Both the position numbers and the translations under genes were made by a program. A stretch of 63,482 nt of DNA, counting the filler, from Pirum gemmata (taxonomy: Eukaryota), in the NCBI GenBank assembly GCA_002812295.1. It is 15 parts of 15 records of this genome, joined end to end, with 100 filler letters (N's around TTAATTAATTAA, not from the genome) between each part and the next. Parts side by side here need not be neighbours in the genome. Positions count along the whole stretch, not along the records: positions 59,767 to 63,482 come from PDIN01002054.1; 14 more parts are not named here. The stretch is one strand, 5' to 3'. Each line of letters opens with the position of its first letter. Positions within the stretch are counted from its first letter, which is position 1. The notes under the pieces were generated by a model that saw nothing but the letters and a program-made list of their open reading frames with translations, ran no database searches and was not told the DNA's origin. Positions 62,677 through 63,482 of this stretch are shown here, piece after piece.

Positions 62677-63482
62677 AGTTTAGGGCAGGAAAAAAAGGCT
62701 TTTGGGCAAGGCTATTTCCCTGGCTGACTAGAATACTAATCTGCAACTAGACAACTAGTAGACTATCTTTCTATACTCTTTCTATTACCCTTGTTCTATG
62801 CTTCTTTCTTCTAATAAAGATTTTTCAGTGATTGTTCTTTTTCTTTCTAATTATTTATGATAAAAGTATAAAACAATGTCAATACCCGAAACAATATCAC
62901 AAAAAGAGGTAATGTAATAGTAAAGAAATAAAAACGTATCTTATAATTAGACTAACCAAAGTGCGTCTCCACTAATACACATACACTTGATTAAACGTAC
63001 ATTTGACTAAAATCAACATTAATTAAAAACCAACATTACTATTTTATATAAATTTAAAGTTAATAATTATTATATCATCGTGTAGTATCGTGTCATATAT
63101 AACTTTATAGAGTTGGACTAATACACACAAACGTTAACATATTAATATATCAGTATAACTAAATAACTTACTACGTATACGCTGGTTCACTGGTATTAAT
63201 AAAGGAAAAGAATAATTAACGTTTAGTTTATAATCTTTTTTTTTAAAATAATTAAAGGCAACGTCGACGTCATTATTGCTTAAATAGAATCAGATATATT
63301 GATACATTCTACTTTAAATTTATTCTTAATAATAAAAAAGGATAATGTGCTAAAAAAAAATCCTCAGAATAAATTTATAAATAATCGATCATATAGCAGT
63401 AAAAAGTATAGTTATATATATTTTCTAAAGATTAGAAATAATTATAATAATAATAATGAATAGAAATTAACAATAATAATAA

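Overview
AT-rich eukaryotic DNA that uses the standard genetic code and has GT-AG introns and TTAGGG repeats. The species cannot be determined from the sequence; the gene content would fit a protist. The window is not contiguous: about 15 unplaced contigs of roughly 3.7-5.7 kb are joined by 14 identical artificial 100-nt linkers (44 N + TTAATTAATTAA + 44 N), so adjacency across linkers has no meaning. Long intron-free ORFs encode secreted or surface proteins: a 10x Cys-repeat + VWD protein, a DUF7029/DUF7223-like protein with furin sites and a cationic helix, a mucin-like protein, a 1,128+ aa membrane-anchored multi-module protein with bacterial-type motifs, a TRAP-like VWA-TSP1-TM adhesin fragment and a 200-aa secreted orphan. 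Two intracellular proteins are an ABP34-type EF-hand actin bundler and a PP1-docking (neurabin/Bni4-like motif) protein. Small spliced exons belong to an NDUFAF2/NDUFA12-family gene, a LUC7-like gene and an unknown gene. The rest is two decayed non-LTR retrotransposons, several MITE families (one with clear 8-bp TSDs, nested in another), a ~370-bp-arm inverted repeat, satellites, abundant interstitial TTAGGG tracts and pervasive CTAG-rich palindromic insertions. I found no rRNA, tRNA or CRISPR array.
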